Translations under genes and position numbers: made by a program
Notes under the pieces: model-generated
Seen by the model: the letters and a program-made list of their open reading frames with translations, nothing else
The model's database searches: none
Told to the model about the DNA's origin: nothing
From: Candidatus Multivorans sp.
GTDB taxonomy: Bacteria > Acidobacteriota > Thermoanaerobaculia > Multivoradales > Multivoraceae
NCBI GenBank assembly: GCA_965247095.1
Contig: OZ251997.1
Location: 3,392,001 to 3,456,000, forward strand
DNA: 64,000 nucleotides
Reading direction: 5' to 3'
In this document: one piece after another, positions 59,488-64,000 of the stretch
How the letters are laid out: every line of letters begins with the position of its first letter
Position numbering within the stretch: position 1 is the first letter of the stretch

Positions 59488-60506
59488 GGTTGGTTGGACA
59501 CGACAGGACTTGATCCTGGGGCATCGACGTCAACGCCGGTCATGAGCTTGAGGTTACGACCATTGCCCTCGTGACACGCGTACTCGTACAGGATGTGATC
59601 CTCGGGAGCCCGCTTGAACGCGTCGAGCGCGATCGTCCAGGGTCGTGTAAACACTTTCGGATCTTCGATTGTGGCCTCGTAGTGGATCGTGTCGGCGTCC
59701 GTCAGCGTGAAGCGTTCCACTACGTGCAAGGCGTCGCTATGGAAGACGCCGTGACCCGTCGAGAGCGCGCTTGCAGGAGCGCCCTCCAAGGCTACCCCAC
59801 GCGCAACCACCCAGGTCTTCTCGGTGAAGTTCGTGACATCGACGACCAGCGTATCGCCTTCCCAGTGGCCACGCGAATCACCCAACCCCAGGCGTATCTC
59901 CGAGCTGACATGCGGAGGCCCGTCCAGGGGAATGTAACGGTACTCGTGGTTCGCCTCGTAGAGGATCACAACGTACCCAGGCACCTGCAGAATCTGATAC
60001 GTGTTGAACCCATACGGCAAGTTCGCGCGCGGTAGCCCGGCCGACAGACACTTCACTCGCGGATCGAGCTGCGCGAGCTTGTCCTGGTTGGCCATGATCT
60101 CTTCCCGTTTCGCCGCCGCCCACGGTTGCAACGGGATCTTCCCGTCCGGGGGATCCACGACCAGCGGCGTTTGATTGGGAGCGGCCCGCGGTGGAGCGTT
60201 TGGGTCTGGTTCGAGAAGACTCGCAGGGGGTTGCGAATCGATATTGGCACCTTCCTGACGCCACAGATCGTCCACCGGCGTCTCCACGGGCCGGCGCTCG
60301 CCGGGAAGCCAGTGACCCCGCAGGTCCGGGTCGCCCCACGGTGTGCGTGGAGACGTATACGTCTCGTGTTGGGCACCTTTGCCGGAGGCTTCAGCGGCGG
60401 CAAGCGGCACTAGCGCCGCGAACGCCGCGGCGGTGAGGAGACCGGGCGGAGCGAAGGACCGACGGTTCACCTCGAACTCCTTGCCGGCGAGTTGTGTCCT
60501 CGGCAC
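59484..60506 (-). CDS. Secreted hypothetical protein (RTPWGDPDLxG family), paralog 1
   Basis: PRTPWGDPDLRG, C...GLPR, GDSRGHWEGDTLVVD, HSDALH, IEDPKVFTRPW, YEYAC. Confidence 0.75.
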   Translation of the reverse strand: MPRTQLAGKEFEVNRRSFAPPGLLTAAAFAALVPLAAAEASGKGAQHETYTSPRTPWGDPDLRGHWLPGERRPVETPVDDLWRQEGANIDSQPPASLLEPDPNAPPRAAPNQTPLVVDPPDGKIPLQPWAAAKREEIMANQDKLAQLDPRVKCLSAGLPRANLPYGFNTYQILQVPGYVVILYEANHEYRYIPLDGPPHVSSEIRLGLGDSRGHWEGDTLVVDVTNFTEKTWVVARGVALEGAPASALSTGHGVFHSDALHVVERFTLTDADTIHYEATIEDPKVFTRPWTIALDAFKRAPEDHILYEYACHEGNGRNLKLMTGVDVDAPGSSPVVSNQP

Positions 60507-60511
60507 GTCAC

Positions 60512-61258
60512 CTACTGACCCTCCAGCGATTGCAGGATGAAATCGACGCAGTCGTATTCCAGGAGCTGGAGTCCCTGTTCCACGCGCCGATACAGCGGCA
60601 TCCTCATGTTCCAGGGGCGCGTGAACACTTTCGGATCCTCGATGGTGACCTCGTAGTCGATGTGGTACGGGCTGGTGGGCGTGAAGCGTTCAACCAAATG
60701 CAAGGCATCGCTGTGGAAGTTCCCGGCCGCGTCGAACCACGTCCGGTCGTTGAAATGGGTGGTGTCGACGACCAGGGTGTCTCCCTCCCAGTGGCCGCGG
60801 GAGTCGCCCATCCAGAAGTCATTCGGCAGCGGATGCGGGCTGCCATCCGTGTAGATGATCCGAACCGCGTGCGCGAACTCGTAGGTCATCACCACATGGT
60901 CCGGCGTCTGAAGGATCTGAAAAGGGAACGGCATGTACGTGATACGCGGGACACCGGGCAGATAGCACTTGCGAACCGGGTCGGCCGTGAGCCGATTCTC
61001 GTAGTTCTCCTGTTTTCGCGCCTCCGCCCAGGGCTGATACGGGATGTCGTTGCCCTCCACCACGCTCAGACCGGCGGGAACGCCATCCTGCGCATTGTGG
61101 TGCTGAAGGTCCCACGCGGCCGTCGTGAGGACCTGCCAGATCCCGCTCAGGTCGGGTCTGCCGTCGCTCGTGCGCGGTCCTTCGTAGCCTGACGCCTGGG
61201 CCCACGCCGCATGAAGACCCAGGCACGCGGTGAGACCGTAGGCGAGCACGAAACGCAT
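60512..61258 (-). CDS. Secreted hypothetical protein (RTxDGRPDLSG family), paralog 2
   Basis: Shares GDSRGHWEGDTLVVD, HSDALH, IEDPKVFTRPW and EYxC with its neighbour. Confidence 0.75.
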   Translation of the reverse strand: MRFVLAYGLTACLGLHAAWAQASGYEGPRTSDGRPDLSGIWQVLTTAAWDLQHHNAQDGVPAGLSVVEGNDIPYQPWAEARKQENYENRLTADPVRKCYLPGVPRITYMPFPFQILQTPDHVVMTYEFAHAVRIIYTDGSPHPLPNDFWMGDSRGHWEGDTLVVDTTHFNDRTWFDAAGNFHSDALHLVERFTPTSPYHIDYEVTIEDPKVFTRPWNMRMPLYRRVEQGLQLLEYDCVDFILQSLEGQ

Positions 61259-61273
61259 CGTTCCCTCCCCACT

Positions 61274-63478
61274 CTAGGGCAGCCTGAGCGCGATCAATGC
61301 CGGCGTCTTTCCGCCGACGGTGAGTGCTAAGTATTGCCGGCCGTCCAGCATGTAGGTCATCGGCGTCCCGACTGCGCCCCCCACGTCTCGAACTTCGTCA
61401 CGAGCCGCTCCAGCGTTCAGCGTGTAGGTCCTTGGCGTCCCGATTGCGGCTCCAGGCAGGTCGACCGCGGCAAGGACTTCTCCCGACCCCTTGTCGTAGG
61501 CCACCAGTTGGGGACCATCGTCGGTGCCACCGGAAGACAACGCGTAGATGAGCAGCGTCTTCGTCAAGAGTGGCCCGAAATTGTTGACCTCACCTCCCAA
61601 TGGCGGCAGATCGAGATGGCGCAGCAGGGGGTGGTTACGAATTGGGTCGCCGTTGCCGGTCGGCGTCATCCAGAGGTGCTCGCCCGTGTTCATGTCGATG
61701 GCCGTCATCCGCGAATAGGGCGGCTTCCAGAGCGGCAGCCCCGGTGGCATCGGCGGCTGGCGTTGGGGGTTCCCCCCGTCCAGAAACGGCCCGGCGCCCG
61801 CGACGACGTATCGCAAGTTCGACCCCTCGTCCGGCTCGGGCTCGCGAAAGCGCACGACGGAGTGCACACCTTTTGACGGCACGTAGAGAATGCCCGTCTC
61901 CGGGTCTACCGCCGCGCCGCCCCAACTGGCACCGCCCGCGCCGCCTGGACGGTAGATCGTGCCGCGCAACGAGTGCGGGGTGTACAGCGGGCCGAGCCGG
62001 AACCCCTCGACCGCCTTGACCGCCATCTGGCGGATCTCGGGGGTGAAGTCGACCAGGTCGTCTATCGAAGTGCCCTGATGCTCGAAGGGCGCCGGCTTGG
62101 TCGGGAACGGCTGGGTCGGTGACAGGACCTCTCCCTCCAGGTCAGTGTCGGTCGGCACGGGCCGCTCTTCAATCGGCCAGACCGGTTCGCCCGTCACGCG
62201 GTCGAAGGTGTAGACGAACCCCTGCTTGGTCACCTGGGCGGCCGCCTTCACCCGGCGGCCGTCAACGGTGATGTCGAGCAGGTTCGGCCCCGCCGGGATG
62301 TCGTAGTTCCACAGGCCGTGGTGCACGATCTGGAAGTGCCAGACGCGCTCGCCCGTCTCTACATCCACACAAACCAGACTCTGCGCAAAGAGGTTGTCGC
62401 CAGGCCGCTCGCCGCCCCAACTGTCGGAGGTCGGGGCGCTCGTCGGCAGATAGACGTAGCCGAGCTCGGGGTCCGCCGTGATGTTCCCCCAGGTATTCGT
62501 GTGGCCCGAGTAGCGCCACGACTCGTTCTGCCACGTGTCGGCCCCGAACTCATCGGCGCTCTGCGGCACGTTGTGGAAGTCCCACTTGTGCCGCCCGGTG
62601 CGCGCGTCGTAGGCGCGCACGAACCCCGGCGTGCCCTCTTTCGTGACGCGAAGGTCGTGGATTGTCGAGGGTGCGCCGATGATGATCGTGTCACCCACGA
62701 TCAGCGGAGCTGACCGCGACGGGGAAGGCAGCCCGCTGGGGTTCTCGCGAGCCCGCGGCAGACCCTCCTCCAGACTGACGCGCCCGTTGTCGCCGAACCC
62801 GGTGGCGAGGAGGCCGGTCTTCGCGTCGACGGCCGTCAGATAGCCGTCGCCCGTGCCCCAAAAGATCCGCGCCTCGCCCCCGTTCTCCCAGTAGGCCACC
62901 CCGCGGTGTTTCCAGGGCGCAGGGACCGGCGGGCTGGCGGCCTCGTAGACTCGCGGGTTGTAGACCCAGCGCGTCTCACCCGTCCGGGCATCGATCGCTG
63001 CCGCCTGATAGAGCGGCGTGCTCAGATACAGCACGCCGTCGACCATGAGCGGGACCGCCTCGAAGAAGATTGATTGCAATGTAATGTTCGGCCGCGTCGC
63101 TAAGCGGTAGAACGTCCGCGTCGGCCAGCGGCCTGGCTCGGCCGCCTCCAGCCGGTCGAAGAGTGTCTCGGAGGGGATGAGCGAGATCCCGTGCTCATCC
63201 TCGAACGGGAGATGGGAGTCGGCGATGCGCCAGCGCCAGGCCACCTCGAGGTCGCCGAAGTTCTCGCCGGTGATCTGATCGAGCGGCGCGTACTTCGTGC
63301 CCCACGTGTCGCCAGCGTAGGTGCGCCACTCGCCGCCGGCCGCGCCCTGCTGCGCGTCGACCGACGCCGCCCAGAGCCACGTGAGGGTCAGCGTCGCGGC
63401 CACCAGGACCCGTGTGTGCCGTCTCATCCTGCGCAGCACCCGCTGGATGTCGACCACCGGCGATTCACCCGCGGCCAT
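61274..63478 (-). CDS. PQQ-dependent dehydrogenase (glucose-dehydrogenase-like)
   Basis: YAPLDQIT, PLMVDGVLY, RGVAYW, WHFQIVHHGLWNYD, PWPIEERPVP-like segment, PMTYMLDGRQY. Confidence 0.88.
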   Translation of the reverse strand: MAAGESPVVDIQRVLRRMRRHTRVLVAATLTLTWLWAASVDAQQGAAGGEWRTYAGDTWGTKYAPLDQITGENFGDLEVAWRWRIADSHLPFEDEHGISLIPSETLFDRLEAAEPGRWPTRTFYRLATRPNITLQSIFFEAVPLMVDGVLYLSTPLYQAAAIDARTGETRWVYNPRVYEAASPPVPAPWKHRGVAYWENGGEARIFWGTGDGYLTAVDAKTGLLATGFGDNGRVSLEEGLPRARENPSGLPSPSRSAPLIVGDTIIIGAPSTIHDLRVTKEGTPGFVRAYDARTGRHKWDFHNVPQSADEFGADTWQNESWRYSGHTNTWGNITADPELGYVYLPTSAPTSDSWGGERPGDNLFAQSLVCVDVETGERVWHFQIVHHGLWNYDIPAGPNLLDITVDGRRVKAAAQVTKQGFVYTFDRVTGEPVWPIEERPVPTDTDLEGEVLSPTQPFPTKPAPFEHQGTSIDDLVDFTPEIRQMAVKAVEGFRLGPLYTPHSLRGTIYRPGGAGGASWGGAAVDPETGILYVPSKGVHSVVRFREPEPDEGSNLRYVVAGAGPFLDGGNPQRQPPMPPGLPLWKPPYSRMTAIDMNTGEHLWMTPTGNGDPIRNHPLLRHLDLPPLGGEVNNFGPLLTKTLLIYALSSGGTDDGPQLVAYDKGSGEVLAAVDLPGAAIGTPRTYTLNAGAARDEVRDVGGAVGTPMTYMLDGRQYLALTVGGKTPALIALRLP

Positions 63479-63489
63479 CTCAACCCTGC

Positions 63490-63897
63490 TTATCGCCCAT
63501 CGGGAGCGCCAGTGCCAGAGGACCCCGCAAAGAACCTTGACCCATCGGGCAACGTGATGTCCCTGGCGTTCGCTGTGTTGGATCCGTTCTTGGCACCAAA
63601 GCCATCGATGACCAGTTCCGTGCCAATCGGGACCGAGTACTTGTTCAGGCCCCGCCTGATCAACGCGTTCGGGGCGCCCAATTCAATGGCCCAACTCGCC
63701 ACCTGGCCGTCTGGACCTTCCACATCGATGTGTATCCAGCAGTGGGGGTTTATCCACTCCGTTTTCGTGACGGTGCCGCGTAGCTGAACCGGCTTGTTCG
63801 CGTCGAACTCGGCCGAGAACGCATGATGCGCCAGCACGGGTCCCGCGGCCAGCAGCATGCCGAAGCCGACAACCGCCAAGAAGAGCCTTGTTCCCAT
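63490..63897 (-). CDS. DUF6152 family protein
   Basis: Signal peptide then AHHAFSAEFD...EWINPH.WI. Confidence 0.75.
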   Translation of the reverse strand: MGTRLFLAVVGFGMLLAAGPVLAHHAFSAEFDANKPVQLRGTVTKTEWINPHCWIHIDVEGPDGQVASWAIELGAPNALIRRGLNKYSVPIGTELVIDGFGAKNGSNTANARDITLPDGSRFFAGSSGTGAPDGR

Positions 63898-63961
63898 GAA
63901 AGTCACCTGACCGTAGATCTCAGAGATTCTGCCACTAATCCTCGCCGTGCGCTCCCGCCCC

Positions 63962-63995
63962 TGTCCAGGAGACGGGGCGGATTCTTTCGGAGAAC
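63962..63995 (-). promoter_or_regulatory. Conserved 34-bp upstream motif, copy 2
   Basis: Reverse complement GTTCTCCGAAAGAATCCGCCCCGTCTCCTGGACA, upstream of the DUF6152 operon. Confidence 0.7.
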
Positions 63996-64000
63996 TCCTA

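Overview
GC-rich bacterial window, probably Acidobacteriota (inferred from the acidobacterial-type VWA protein, wHTH-TolB-TPR regulator, carboxypeptidase-regulatory TonB receptor and DUF6152/PQQ module). Host-like blocks are: a TetR-linked di-heme protein/SDR/PEP-dependent phosphotransferase operon, yejABEF-type peptide ABC transporter, xdhABC-guaD purine catabolism, a YkvI/serine hydrolase/D-aminoacylase group, a MaoC-MaoC-CoA transferase-CitE operon and a sulfatase/TonB/PQQ region. Accessory cargo comprises two vapBC loci, RloAB-like genes, an alpha/beta hydrolase, a TIR plus HEPN-like pair, one complete IS3 and one complete IS630. The most unusual signals lie between genes. (1) A CCTGGGAAC-headed multi-hairpin repeat with compensatory changes occurs at six loci, either in frame inside genes or at operon junctions where translational coupling appears preserved. 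(2) Many gene ends are duplicated, including a 98-bp copy with only synonymous differences, a 26-bp repeat flanking one gene, and three remnants of one aldolase-like gene that each precede a cargo block. (3) Two shared upstream motifs define candidate regulons. No rRNA, tRNA or CRISPR array was seen. All family calls come from motif recognition by eye; no database search was run.
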